From the NCBI GenBank assembly GCA_016748015.1, contig JAAOMT010000129.1:1031866-1095865 (forward strand): a DNA stretch of 64,000 bases, written 5' to 3'. Under the pieces are notes generated by a model. It searched no databases and had not been told where the DNA came from. It saw nothing but the letters and a program-made list of their open reading frames with translations. Shown in pieces: positions 40,330 to 54,401 of this stretch (the stretch's first letter is position 1; every line of letters starts with the position of its first letter). Origin of the DNA: Geosiphon pyriformis uo1 (lineage: Eukaryota > Fungi > Glomeromycota). A program made the translations under genes and the position numbers.

Positions 40330-41500
40330 CTCTAATCGACTAGAATTTTCTCTTTTTGCAGGTTTTGAAATCAATTAACTTTTATATCTTATCGTATCAT
40401 GAATAGCACCTTGTATCTCTTTGGAATTGAGTCTTATTTCGTAGATAGGCTTATTTAAGTTACAGTTATCATGAACAGCAATAAACTCTTTATTGAAGTT
40501 GTTCTGCAGTATTACTGCAATACGGGTCATACTACCAATTTTTTTCAATCATTTCCTGAATACATTGAGGTGTATTTTTTTTGATTATAGGGTCTTTTCT
40601 ATCAATTACCTCAAAATTGCGTTTAATTAGGATGGGTATTATTCAAAGGTCTTTTTCCTGAAATAATTTCAAAGGAAATAATAGCAACGCTGTATATATC
40701 GCTATACTTAGCATGAGGACCCCCCTTGCATATATCGAGTGCTAGCTATTGAAAAACGTCAAAAATGTTGCCAGACTGTGAAGAATAATTAGCATGGCGA
40801 CAGAATCCAAGATCAGAAATGACAACTTTTAAGGGGTTAGATTTTAAAAAAAGGATATTGCTAGGATGCAAGTCCCCATGCACCAATTTTGAGTCATATA
40901 TAAATCTTAGGCCACTAGCGGAATGGAATGGAAAAGAATAAGAAACAACACGCCCCAAGTAAAATTGTCTTCGTTCACCTTGAGAAAAGATCTAAGGTCC
41001 CCATGTTCCGTAAATGGCAAAACCATAACAAATTCATTGGTTGTAATGTCTTTTGTGATTTCATAACATTTAAGGATATATTTGTAATATGTTGATACGT
41101 TTTCTAGTGTTAGAAAAAGCAATAAAATAAAAAATCACAGAAACTTGTTAAAAATACCTCGGCCAAATTGATAGACTTTATATTTTGTCTATTTTTAAGA
41201 TATTTCAAAGCAACTTTCGTAACCCCACTTCGTTCATACTTTTGATTTTTTTTATCCCAAAATAGAATTCTGCCTCTTTCCCATAACTTCCTTTAACAAC
41301 ACCAAATCCTCCCGTTCCCAACTGATCTTAATGCTCTGAAGTAATGTCTTTCTGATTTATTTTTAAAATTAAATAACCAACCGAGAAGAGAATATTTTGA
41401 AGAATTGTTATTAAAATTTAAAAATAAAGTTTCAAGTGCTGCTGATTTACAAAATTTTCCAGGATTTGAAATTTTATACAAGAGTCAAAAACTTCTAAAA
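40330..41500 (-). pseudogene. Protein kinase pseudogene (copy A)
   Basis: GGFG, FVMVLPFTEHGDLRSFL, LVHGDLHPSNIL, ISDLGFC, KYSDIYS, TPQCIQEMI spread over several frames. Confidence 0.85.
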
Positions 41501-41932
41501 CTTTAAATACAGAGCGTTATAAAAATGGTTAGAAATTTAAAATTCCCAATATTCATGATCTTCACAGGAAGCTTCACAAATCTAACCTTGCAATGTTTAA
41601 CACCATGAGCTGATTCAAGCGAACCAACACATTTTTGAAATTTATTGCTTTTCATATTGACGGTTTTCAAAAGTTTAATGAAAATCTTAATTCTTAAACA
41701 CCCTAACTGATGTTTGTTTGAATTTTCCCCATTAATCTCATTCAGATGATTGTTTAAAGATTTAAATTGAATAACCTTTTTCCGTTTGTAAAATGTGTAA
41801 ACCTCGGATATGTTTTTTGAAATAATCCAGTAGGTAAACAATAAACGCAAAAAATCATAAATGATAAATGTATATGGAGAGACTATTTTTCTTTTGAAAA
41901 GAAATTGAAACGGAACAAAACTTGAGATTGAA

Positions 41933-43475
41933 ATGAAAAAACTGGCATGGTTTAATTTGATCCTGTCTACAATAATAGGCTTATTGCAAGTTTATTCTAC
42001 CACGCATTCTTATGCTCTGGTTTTTCAAACATGGTTAATGAAACTTTTAGAAGAGCCATATATTAACCCTATTAAGGATTTATTGACGGTAAAATATTTT
42101 TTGAGTTTGGAAAGTCTAAATTTTATTTTTACTGAATTAATTTCTTGAAAAAATTTTTTAAGAAAAACTTTAAACCTGAAATTTCTGCGAGGGACGAAAA
42201 TTTTGCGAAATTTTATTTTCAAAGTTTGAGTAATCAAAGTACAATTGAAAGTCCAAAATATATCCCTTGGTCTAAAAGGAATAAGGATTCAAATCCAAAG
42301 AAAAAACCAATGACATCCCCAGATTTGAAGAAGTTGCTTCAGACAATGGCGCAACATGCAAATCAGGCTTATTGTGGAAAAAATAATTCAATCGGTCTTG
42401 ATATCGGGAAAGAAGTTGTCGGTCAGCAACCAATAAATTCAAATTTTGATTTTTCAGAAAAAATTTTTTGATAAAATGCTTCAATTACCAACATTCTTTT
42501 CCAAAAAATTCAACTACAGCTGATGTTATTGAACATGAGTATGAATCTCTTAGCAAAAAAATGAACGCAATAACCATTTATTTCAAAGGAGAAATTTTAT
42601 ATAGACAAAAATGGACACAAAGAGAAAGTAAGAATTCTTTTCTCAAGTTTTCTCAGCATGGTATACGTACAAAAATTGATTCGATATGGGTGGAGCATGT
42701 CGAGAAAATGATGCCTCGATTATTATTACAAATTCAAACAATTTTGGGAAAGGATAACGAAAGAAATAAGTATTATAAATTTTTCTTTACTGGGCATGCT
42801 GTTGGTGGTGGTAAGCTTTAATTTCTTAATATTAAACTTACACGTTCTAATTGATTGATTATTAACATATTGAATTTACAATTTTTTCGAAATCTCATTA
42901 AAAAAATTAGCTTATGCTCTTCTTGCAGCTTTATTCTTCAAAAGATGGTACGAGAATCATATTATGCCAACGGATATGATTTGGGTTGTTACCTTTGGTG
43001 CTCCAAGAATTGGAAACCCAGAATTTGCCAGACTTGCAAGCCAATATTTCAACAGTTGGAGATTGATTCGATCGTTACGGGTGACACATACAAATGATTG
43101 GTTACCACGGGAGTTTTTGCCAGCATCTAATTATAAACACGTGACGAAAGAAATATGGATTTCGGAACCTGATTGTGATTGTGAAAAATTGAGATATAAC
43201 TATGTGACTATTGATGGAAGACATAGACTTTACGACTGTGACAATGTTAATAGAGAGCTCATTGAAAATTTGGTGGGTTTTTTATCCTTAAAATATGGCC
43301 ATTTCTCTCCAAAAAGGTTAAAATTGATTTTTTTCCAAAACAGGAATGTAATCTCGGAACCATTGGTTATTCTCGTACTTTCAAACCGGATATCTATTTT
43401 GGGGTCCGATTTGGGGATTGTAAAGCGCAGGATTATCAATATCCCAGACAAATAATTCTTGGGTTAGAAGATTAA
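41933..43475 (+). CDS. Class-3 lipase-fold protein D (GHAVGG; Ser->Ala)
   Basis: Exons 41933-42088, 42163-42421, 42520-42810, 42911-43272, 43344-43475; spliced frame open. N-terminal hydrophobic segment. Motifs FTGHAVGGAYALLAAL, TFGAPRIGN, RVTHTNDWLP, CDC. No His before the terminal IYFG. Confidence 0.85.
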
Positions 43476-44429
43476 ATGAAAGATTTTTCAGTTACTGTGA
43501 AAATTTTTTTTAAAGAATGAAACTATCAATTTTATTTTATAAAATATTCAATAAAATTTTTTGATTTCAAACTGTTTTTACAGCCTAGTAAATTGAAATT
43601 AATAATTCAATCAAAGTTTAAGTATTGATATGAAATTCTTATTATCTATTTATAGCATTTCATTGATGAATTTATGGAATAATATATTGATTTAATATAA
43701 AAAACAATAAATTATATTAAATTACAAAATATAGAATATTCATTAATTAAATAAACCTTATTACACGTATAATATTTAATAGCTGAAATAATAATTTGTA
43801 TAAAAATTGTTGATTGTGTAACTGCTCGAAATTTTTGATACATAAAAAGAATATCTCGGAGAAGAAATCTACTCATTTTCACGCTGCCACAAATATGAAG
43901 TATAAAATCCACAATATTTTACTCTCGTATGGTTTGAAGGCACCTTATCAACATTATTTTGAAGATTTCTTAAATAGTGAAAAAATAACAAATTCCTGTT
44001 TTAGTTCAGTATTAATTTTCTTCAAAATAATTGTATGAAACTATTTAGCTCCTCAACCTAACTTACAAACCTTCTCAAATTTTTTCATTCACCTTTCAAT
44101 CATTTTGCTTCTAGAAAATGATAGTTGATAATTACAATAATTATGATAAGCCTGCTTCATAAAAAAGATTCGTAGTTCACTAATCAATCCAAATCTTTAA
44201 GAGTTAATAATATCTTTTTAATCTTTTTCTTTTTATCCACATGTGTAACGGTGATGAACTCGTGAATGCGTCAAAGATGTCTTGTTTGATATCTAAAGTA
44301 AATTTTACATGGTCTTCCAGATATTGAGGTCAGTTTATAGTACTTTAGACATAGTGATTATCTTCACCACCACACTCTATCATAGGAGTTCGGTACATAA
44401 AATATGCCGATGCCAAAATAAAGAGGGAT

Positions 44430-45230
44430 TATTAAGAGATCTTTCTCCCAGAATAATTTCATGGAAAATAATAGTAAAGCTATATATATCCCTATACTTA
44501 GTATGAGGACTCCCCTTGCATATCTCGGGTGCTTGGTATTGAACAACGCCAAAAATGTTGCCAAGATCGGAAATGACAAAATTTAAGGAATTTGATTTTA
44601 AAAAAAGGATATTGCCAGGACGCAACTCCTCATGTACCAATTTTGAGTCATGTATAAATCTTAGGCCACTAGCGAATTGGAAAAGAATAAGAAACAACAC
44701 GCCCCAAGTAAAATTGTCTTCGTTCACCTTGAAAAAAAATCAGAGGTCCATGTTCGTAAATGGTAAAATAACAAATTCTTGATTGTAACATTTAAGGATA
44801 TATTTGTAATATGTTGATACGTTTTCTAGTGTTAGAAAAAGCAATAAAATAAAAAATCACAGAAACTTGTTAAAAATACCTCGGCCAAATTGATAGACTC
44901 TATATTTTGTCTATTTTTAAGATATTTCAAAGCAACTTTCGTAACCCCACTTCGTTCATACTTTTGATTTTTCCTATCCCAAAATAGAATTCTGCCTCTT
45001 TCCCATAACTTCCTTTAACAATACCAAATCCTCCCGTTCCCAACTGATCTAAAAGATCTGAAGTAATGTCTTTCTGATTTATTTTTAAAATTAAATAACA
45101 AACCGAGAAGAGAATATTTTGAAGAATGGGTATTAAAATTTAAAAATAAAGTTTCAAATGCTGCTGATTTACAAAATTTTACAGGATTTGAAATTTTATA
45201 CAAGAGCCAAAAACTTCTAAAACTTTAAAT
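44430..45230 (-). pseudogene. Protein kinase pseudogene (copy B, 3'-truncated)
   Basis: LVHEELRPGNIL, ISDLG, GVVQYQAPEI, KYRDIYSF. 5' part nearly identical to copy A; frameshifts present. Confidence 0.85.
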
Positions 45231-45663
45231 ACAGAGCGTTATAAAAATGGTTAGAAATTTAAAATTCCCAATAGTCATGATCTTCACAGGAAGCTTCACA
45301 AATCTAACCTTGCAATGTTTAACACCATGAGCTGATTCAAGCGAACCAACACATTTTTGAAATTTATTGCTTTTCATTTTGACGGTTTTCAAAAAAAAAT
45401 TTTTAAAAAAAAGTTTAATAAGAATTTAATTCTTAACAACCTTAACTAATTTTTGCTTGAATTTTCCCCATTAATCTCATTCAGAAGATTATTTAAATTG
45501 AGTAACCTTTTTCTGTTTGTACAGTGTATAAACCTCGTATATTTATGTTTTTTTTTGAAATAATCGAGTGGGTAAACAATAGACAAAAAAGAATCATAAA
45601 TGGTACATTTATATAGAGAGTCTATTTTGTTCTTTTTAAAAAGATATTGAAATTGAGATTGAA

Positions 45664-47200
45664 ATGAAAAAACTGGCATGGTTTAATTGGATCTTGTGTA
45701 TGATAATAGGCTTATTGCAAGTTTATCTTACTACGCATTCTTATTCTCTTGTTTTTCAAAAATGGTTAAAGAAACTTTTTGAAGACCCGTATGTTAATAC
45801 TAATAAGGATTTATTAACGGTAAATATTTTTGAAAATTTGGATAATTATTGATTTTATTTTTACTGAATTAATTTCTTGAAATATTTTCAACATGAAATT
45901 TCTGCGAAGGAAAAGGAAAATTTTGCCAATTTTTTTTTTCAAAGTTTAAGGAATCAAAGTACAATTGAAAGTCCAAAATATATCCCTTGGTTTAAAAGAA
46001 ATCAAAATACAAATTCAAAGAAAAAACCAATGAGATCTCTAGCTTTGAAGAAGTTGCTACCCCAAATGGCGCAACATGCAAATCAGGCTTATTGTGGAAA
46101 AAATAATTCAATTGGTCTTGATATTGGGAAAGAAGTTGTTGGTTAGCAGCAATAAATTCAACCTTTGGTTTTTCAGAAAGTTTTTTTGATAAAATGCTTC
46201 ATTTAACAACATTCTTTTCCAAAAAATTCAACTACAGCTGATGTAATTGAACATGAATATGATTCTTTTGGAAAAAAATTGAACGCAATAACCATTTATT
46301 TCAAGGGGGAAACCTTGTCTAAAGAAGAATGGACACAAAGACAAGTTAGGAATTCTTTTCTCAAGTTTTCTCAGCATGGTATACGTACAAAGATTGATTC
46401 GATATGGGTGGAGCATGTCGAGAAAATGATGCCTCGATTATTCTTACGAATTCAAACAATTTTGGGAGAGGTTAACGAAAGAAAGAAATATTATAGATTT
46501 TTCTTTACTGGGCATGCTGTTGGTGGTGGTAAGCTTTAATATCTTTATATTAAACTTAAACGTTCTAATTGATTGATTATTAACATATTAAATTCACAAT
46601 TCTTTCGAAATCTTATTAAAAAATTAGCTTATGCTCTTCTTGCAGCTTTATTTTTCAAAAGATGGAACCTGAATTATATTATATCAACGGGTATGATTTG
46701 GGTTATTACCTTTGGTGCTCCAAGAATTGGAAACCCAGAATTTGCTAGACTTGCAAGCGAATATTTCAACAATTGGGGACTGATTCGAATGTTACGGGTG
46801 ACACATACAAATGATTGGTTACCACGGGAGTTTTTGCCAGCATCTAGTTATAGACATGTGACGAAAGAAATATGGATTTCGGAACCTGATTGTGATTGTG
46901 AAAAATTGAGTTTTAACTATGGGACTATTGATGGAAGACATAGGCTTTACGATTGTGACACTGTTAACAAAAGAGAGGTCATTGAAAGTTTGGTAGGTTT
47001 TTTATCCTAATATGGGCATTTCTCTAAGTTTCAAAAAGGTTAAAATTGATTTTTTTCCAAAACAGGAATGTAATTTTGGAACCACTGATTCTTCTCATAC
47101 TTTGAAACCAGATATCTATTTTGGGGTCCGATTTGGGGATTGTGAAAGGCAAGATTATAGATATTCCAGAATAAAACTTAAGGGCTATAAGGGTGAATGA
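45664..47200 (+). CDS. Class-3 lipase-fold protein E (GHAVGG; Ser->Ala), paralogue of D
   Basis: Exons 45664-45819, about 45910-46141, 46238-46528, 46628-46992, 47066-47200. The intron-1 acceptor used by D is missing, but an in-frame aag at 45907-45909 is available. Confidence 0.78.
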
Positions 47201-48453
47201 AATTTCAATTTCGAATGAGATGAAAAATTTTAAAGAAAAATGAATTATTTTATTTTATAAAATTTATAATAAATTTTTTTAATTTCAAACCGATTTTACG
47301 GCCTAATAAATTGAAATTAATAATTTAATTGCACTGAAATAATTTTCTCTGATTATTTACTTTGTTATTTTCTCAATCTACAATGGAAAATATTGGTCGA
47401 ATTTAACACTTTTTACCAATATAAGTTTTTTATATTTTTATAGAAATTGAATTTGTTTCTTTGATGAATTCATCACTGCTAATCAAAATATTGAATTTTT
47501 GGTTATATTCGAAATTTACTGAAATTAAATTTAATAAGCGAATTCATTTAAATATTATATCCATTAAAAGTGTCTATTTATTTTTTATTTTTCATGCGGA
47601 ACAACAAGAAATATATCTTGATCTTGGCTGGCAATAATCAATTTATTCTTATAATCACGTATTAATACGATCAAGTAAAGAAATCTTTTATTTCAAAGGT
47701 TTTGAATTGAAAATTCAAAATCTTTAATATAAAGGCAAGGGCTCAGAGTAAAAGTAGCAGATTTTATAAAATAAATAAATAAACACTAAATAACAAGAAT
47801 TTTTCATATAGTGTTGTGGTAACTTTAAATGAGAATAAATTACGATAAACCTCTTATACATGTAATTTCATTTTGTACGGAATTTAAAATATTTTTTATA
47901 AGAAAATGCTCGATTTTTTCCTTTAAAAAAAATACAAAGAACGTTAAACCATACCAGTCAGACTATATCAACATGAAAAGAGGCTCACGGGTGCGAGAAA
48001 ATTTCCATTGAAAAAACTATTTCCAATTGGAATCGAATGCAAGATTTATTAAATGTATTTTTTTAATTACTCATGCATAACCAAAAACTCCTGATAGTTT
48101 TTTCAATCAATCAATCAATCAATGAATCAAAAACTTCAAAAAATCTGATTTGAATAAATATAGAAAGAACCGAAAATTTTCCTTTTTTAAATCAAATTAT
48201 GAAAATAAAATTTTTTAAATAAAATCTTAAACGAAATTACAGGTCAAAAGATGATAATTACATTCGATTTACAGTATATAAATGGAGAACATTCCTCGAT
48301 CTCAAAAAGTTTTTAAAATTAGAAAAAACTAAATTATATACAGATTGTCAATATTATTTCATTTTTCTGACCAAGATAATCCATTGTTTCATGTACATTT
48401 AAAAAATAAATGTTTGAAGCCCTCATTTCAATTACCTTGATCTTTCTCGAAAA

Positions 48454-50003
48454 ATGATGTTAAATTATAAATACATTTATTCGTCTAAAAAAAAAACTAT
48501 AGGAAAAAAAATTATTCTAGCACTTTTTTTCTTTTACATTTTATTTAATTGTTTGGCACTTTTCAAAGATCAATGTACTAAATTTTTAAGAAAAACCACT
48601 CCAGTAAAATACAAACTACTGTTACCCAAATTAAAATTAAATCTTACCCATCAAGAAAATATATATCATGAAAAGAAAACACTCTTTCCAAGAGCTAAGG
48701 GATTTGACAATAATAAAAATCTTATCCCACCCAAGACGTTGTTAAAAAATAAAGACCTTTTTGAACTTTTTACTACAATGGCTTTCTGGGCAAATATTGC
48801 ATATTGCATTCCTAAGGCTAAGGCTTCAATATCAAGTCCAGAATTTATTGGTAAGACAGTTGTTAAATAAAATTTTTCTTATCAAAAATTTCACCATCCT
48901 ACTTCTTAATTTATCAGGTGATGTTTCATACCATCCAGAAGTTTCAATGATTTATGGATATTTTGGCGGTAATTTTTGGAAAGGTTTCTTTCTTACTTTA
49001 AAGCAACAAAAAAAATACTTTTTTTTTTTTTTTTAATAATTAAAAAGTATTTTGGACCATAATTTTCAACCTTTCTTGCCTATTTCTCTGAAAAATTAGG
49101 GCCTAAAATAACCAAAACACAATTAGAAACTACCAAATTTCAAATGACGAAATTGAGAGCAAATGGTTATTTTAAAGTTGATTTAAATTGGTGGAATATG
49201 TTCAAAGACCAATATATTCGAGCTTTGATAGCTAAAATAAGGCATGGAATTGACGAAATTAGAAATAGAATGGGATCAAAACAACTGATCGATATTTTTC
49301 TAACTGGGCATAGAGTTGGAGGATGTAAGAAATTTTATAAAGTCAATATTTTTCATTCCAAGGTTCTAAAATAAATTTTAAATTGGAATTCTGACCATTC
49401 ATTTCCTACCCACTCAGTCTATGCCCAAATATTAGGCTTTTTACTCCTGGGTTTCCTAGCTCTCGATGAAAATGTTTACATTCATGTTGTCACCTTTGGC
49501 TCTCCACGTCCAGGGGATTATCAACTTGCTAAACAAATTAACATTGGCTTTCCAAGTCCAGGGAATCATCAATTTTCTGAACAAATCAACAAGCGAAGCA
49601 ATAAACTAAATATTTACAGGGTTACACATACTAATGAACTTTTTCCCCATTTCCCGAAATATTCGGTAACGGGTGTACAATATATTCACCCTGGCACTGA
49701 GTATTGGATTGCGGATATTGATTGCGATTGTAATGAGCCAATAGTTTATGAATGTCCAGGATTTTCAAAAAAAAGTCAAAAGAAATATGGTGAAAGTTTG
49801 GTATGTCTGCTTCTTTTCATTAAACTTTTAAAAATTTCTTAAGAGCGAAAAGCTTAATAGTTTTGTTTTTTCTCATTTTGCAGCAATGTAATTTAGAGAC
49901 AGATGGTACAGGAACAAGCACCCATGACACCCCTTATTTTGGAACTATATTTGAAGACTGCACGAATTATCTTAATGGCCCAAATTTTTTTCCAACAAAT
50001 TAG
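48454..50003 (+). CDS. Class-3 lipase-fold protein F (GHRVGG; Ser->Arg)
   Basis: Exons 48454-48850, 48918-48968, 49100-49324, 49418-49800, 49884-50003; spliced frame open. N-terminal TM/signal anchor. Motifs ANIAYC, LTGHRVGGFYAQ, TFGSPRPG, RVTHTNELFP, CDC, HDTPYFG. Confidence 0.83.
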
Positions 50004-50614
50004 AAAGTAGTGTGAAACTTTATGAAAACTTTAAAAATATGCATGTTTGGGAAGAATATTTTCATGTTCTTGGGGTTATAAAAAGGAATTTCTAGAAAAA
50101 TCTTTTGATAAAGACCTTTCAAGAAATAAATTCATATGCCTAATTTTATTGATATATTACACAACAAGCAAAAATAATCAATTTTTTATTTTTTAATAAA
50201 TAGGATTTGTTGAAAAAAGGAAATTCTTGGTTAATACTTTGCATGAAACATTTTTCATGGGCTTATGAAAATTATAGTGTAAATAATACTTTAATTATTT
50301 AAATCTTTTTTTACTCTTTGAAATATTCAAAATATTGTGAATCTTGAAATTTGAATTGAAAAAAATTAAATAGAAATTTAATATGAAAAAATAAATACTA
50401 TTAATCGGAACAATAATTTGTTTAATAAAATAAATAAAATATGATTTTTTTTACAACAAAATTTGCATTATTTAAAAAGTTTTATTCTATTAATACATTT
50501 ATAATTATGTAAATAAACCAATTAAATTAAAAAATATATTATAATAAAAATATGAATATTAATATAGCTCCATTAAATGTATAACTTTAAGAGTTTTAAT
50601 ATTTTAATTATAGA

Positions 50615-52688
50615 TTAAAATGGTTTAATTTCTTGATGTCTCGGAATGAATCGAACATTATATGGATTAGGAGTCTGAAGAAATTTTGTAAAAGAATTGT
50701 TTAGATCAATTGGAAGCGGCCTTCCGATTGTATCTCGTTTCACGTTTTCAATTTTAAAGGTCCAAAGTAGCCCACTTAAAATAAAAATTAATTCCGCTTC
50801 AGCCTATTAAAAATAAATTTTGTTTTTAGAAATCTAGGGGGAAAATAATATGAAGGCACAAAAGAATCATTAAAAATTACCAAGTGAATTCCAATACAAA
50901 GTCGTCTCCCAATTGAAAAAGAATAATGATCTCGATTTTGGTAGGGACCTCTTGCCGAAGCAGCCATACTTTCTTTTGAATCAAGAAACCGATCCGGATT
51001 AAAAACGTCGGGATTTTGATATCGATTTTTGTCTGAATTTTAAGCATAAATATTTAAGCAGATCCATGAATTTTTTGGTATATGATATCCTAAATATTCA
51101 TCATCTTGTTCAAGAAACCTCAGTGGTGTTGGATTCTAATAATAATAATAGAAATATAAAGTTAAGTTGCTTTTGCCTAAAAAAAACTCAACCGCAGAGT
51201 ATAAAAATGCTTCGTAACTGGAGGAACCCAACGAAGAGTTTCTTTAACTAACGATCGGATATATGGAAGTGAATTAAAGTCAGACATGTTTGGTAAACGT
51301 TCATGTCCAACTACTCTATCTAATTCTTCGTGCGCTTTCTGCTGAAATTTTGGATTATTTGCCAAAATTGCAATAAGCCAATATATAGTAGATGCCACGC
51401 TTTCCTAGAATTGACAAAGAAATTATCCGAGTCACAATAGCGATTTTCATCTATTAAAATAAAATTTCTGAACTCACTGTTCCTTGTAATATAAAATCAT
51501 TGCACACTTTAACAACACCCAACTCATCAATGAGGCCTTCATTCAATTTCTCCAAAAATCTCGTGAAACACATGATTTCTTTTCCAAATCATCTTCTACT
51601 CTTTTCAATAAGCTTCGCGTTACTATTTCCCATTCGTTACGTGTTTCTATAAGTTTTGGAATCTCCTGTCGAAAAGGAGGAAATGAGAATAAAATTGGGA
51701 AGAAATTTGGTAACAGATTTTTAAAGCCAAAAGCTTCGAGAGTTGTTGTAAAACACCGTTCTAATTTTCTAAAAAGTGGATCATTAAAATCTTTCAATTG
51801 GGTTGCAAAGAGGACATTGATTATGATATTGAATGAGGTGAAACGTAAGTAATGATAAGGATCGATGCCATTTGGCTCATTGCAATCATTCAAAATTTTA
51901 TTAAGTAGGTCATTGGTGCCTTGTCCAATTAAGTTATAATACGAATCAACTTTTTGTTGAGTTAAAAAGCTAGGAGCTATCAAAGTGAGCATTGAAAATT
52001 TTTAATTTAATATCAAGTTTTTCAAGAATTTTTTTTTTTTCAAAAATAAATAATCAGTATATTAATTAATTACCTACCAAACATCATCACTCTTCGATAC
52101 CACTCATTATAAGGTGAACCAGTTATACTCTTATTTTGTGTGAAAGTTCCTGTTAAATATGTGATTTTATTAGAGGAATAAATGTTACCTCCTATTAAAG
52201 ATTAAAATTTTTCTATTTGATTAGATTTCTAGGCGAATAGAATCTCATAAATTCAATAAAATGGATAGTTACGTTTTTGAATAAGATCGTCAACAACTTT
52301 AGGGCTGTTTAGAATGATAAAGCGCTGAGGGCCGATGTAAATTGTAAATATGTCACCTAACTCTCCCAAACTAGATTAAACAAATTTATTTTAGTAAAAT
52401 AAATAATTCATAGTAATTTGAAGATTTAAAATTCTAATTACGTTTTATAAATACCACGACTTATTAAAAATAAATGTCCTATAATAAAAAAAAATGGGAA
52501 ATTTAAGATCTCGAATATCATAATATTAATAAAATGCAAAATTCCAAAAACTTACCAAAAATAGGAATCCGGCCTGGTGCTTCAGGTAATTCCTTCAAGC
52601 CCTGAATTTTCGCTTTTAAGAATTTTGTTTTATAAATGTAAAGAAAGATAAGGAGGACGATAATGATGATGATATAAAAGAGAGCCAT
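50615..52688 (-). pseudogene. Cytochrome P450 pseudogene
   Basis: N-terminal TM, PGRIPIFG, LQGTES, KETLR, PDRF and heme motif FSIGRRLCIG. One-base frameshift in a homopolymer run near 51557 (SRDF/LEKL) and in-frame TAA at 51042-51040 (IYA*NSD). Confidence 0.85.
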
Positions 52689-52876
52689 TTAATTAAAACA
52701 TTAAAATTCTTTGCAAATTTTCTAGTGTATATATAAAATATATTAATTAATCAATCTTTAACTCTTTAAATCGGAGATTTAATTAACGTCAATATTTAGT
52801 ACATATACTAAGATATGAAATGAAAACTGAGTTTTAAAAATGAATTTTGGATATCTATAGTAAAACCATAATCCTC

Positions 52877-52914
<38 letters not shown>

Positions 52915-53170
52915 TATTGATTCAATAAAATCTTATCTAGACTCAATATGAGTAACTTTTTAAAATCTGTATATCCCTAGACCACATTAGGCAGCAACAA
53001 AATTAATTTAGAAAGATATGCTTAGAACACTTTGTGACCCAAATTTGAAAATAACATAGAAATCAGGAATTTTTTTATTCCATATAAATAAATAAGGTTC
53101 CCCAATTTTAAAAAAAAATTTCTTGGGGTTAAAGTCTAATAGAGAAAATTGTCCGAGTTATTTAGTAATT

Positions 53171-53214
<44 letters not shown>

Positions 53215-54401
53215 TTGAAATTCAAACTTTATTTTAAAAATAAAACATATAAATTGTAAATAATTTAAAAGTTTTTTTATTGTACCCCATTAACTCTTTG
53301 TAGAACAAATTTGGAGCCCTAAAATTTTTCTAAAGACAAAAAATCATATAAATGCTAATCTATATCAGATATTTTATGATGATACGAAATCATTTTTTTT
53401 ATATAAACCCCAAATGTCAATAACTTGGACTTGCAGAATAAAAAACAAAAACAAAGATCAAGATCAAGAAATAATTTAAAAGAATATTTTTAATTATAAC
53501 TATTATTTTATATTTGTGTTTAATAAAAACTATAGTAAAAAAAATTAATTATTATTTTTTGATTGTGAAATAAATCCAGTTTATAATAAAATAAATTATA
53601 GAAATTATACAATACATATCCAAATATTGAGTTTAAATTATTGTAGAAACAGATACCTGTTCAAAATTACTTAATGTATTCTGATACAGATAGTTTAGAT
53701 AACATTTTGTTTTTTTGGCAAATTTATTAATAAACTAAATTAAAATAAGTTTTATTTTTCATTTTCATGTCTTCTAATTTAACAATTAATTGTAAAATTT
53801 GTATATTTGCATTATACATATTAAATATTTGCATTGTAATATATTCTCCAAAGTAAAAAAAAATAAGGTATTTTTGGCAATGAATTTATCAGTACATCTA
53901 CACGCCTTATTCCTATGGTGAATAACCGGAGTTTTAAAAGAAATCGGAGCAAAATTTTTTAAAATGATCCACATAGATAACTCCGGTATGATTCTTCAAT
54001 AAATAATATCCAAATACATTTAATAAATTACAAAACAAAGAATTCAATGAGTTCAAGATCCTAGTGATCTTTATCCCTTTAAAGCAATTCGAATGAAATC
54101 AAGAAAAACAAACATACATATGAAAGTTTATTAAAAAAAGGAAATCACTGAAGTTTATAATTCTTTGTAACGGGAGATATTACAGCCGCCGTTGCATGAT
54201 ATCAATGTTTTGAAAAATATTAGCGAATATAATTTCTTTTTAAAAATTCAAAACAGGAAGGTGGCTTTGCGTTTTTGAAATAATTTAAAGGAAGCTCTTG
54301 TAACTACCAAAGTTCATCAAAAAATTAAAAATCCCAATCAGTTTTCTATTGGACGCTAATTAATCTTTCAAAAAATATTAAATATCTCTTTCTTGATCAA
54401 T

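Larger units (their letters stand above)
37175..43610 (+). repeat. Tandem segmental duplication, copy A
   Basis: 37175-37830 aligns by eye with about 43725-44430, and about 40640-43610 aligns with about 44430-47330. Confidence 0.85.
43725..47330 (+). repeat. Tandem segmental duplication, copy B (lacks about 2.8 kb of copy A)
   Basis: Near 44430 the sequence switches from matching 37.8 kb (atgccgatgccaaaa) to matching 40.65 kb (kinase). Confidence 0.85.
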
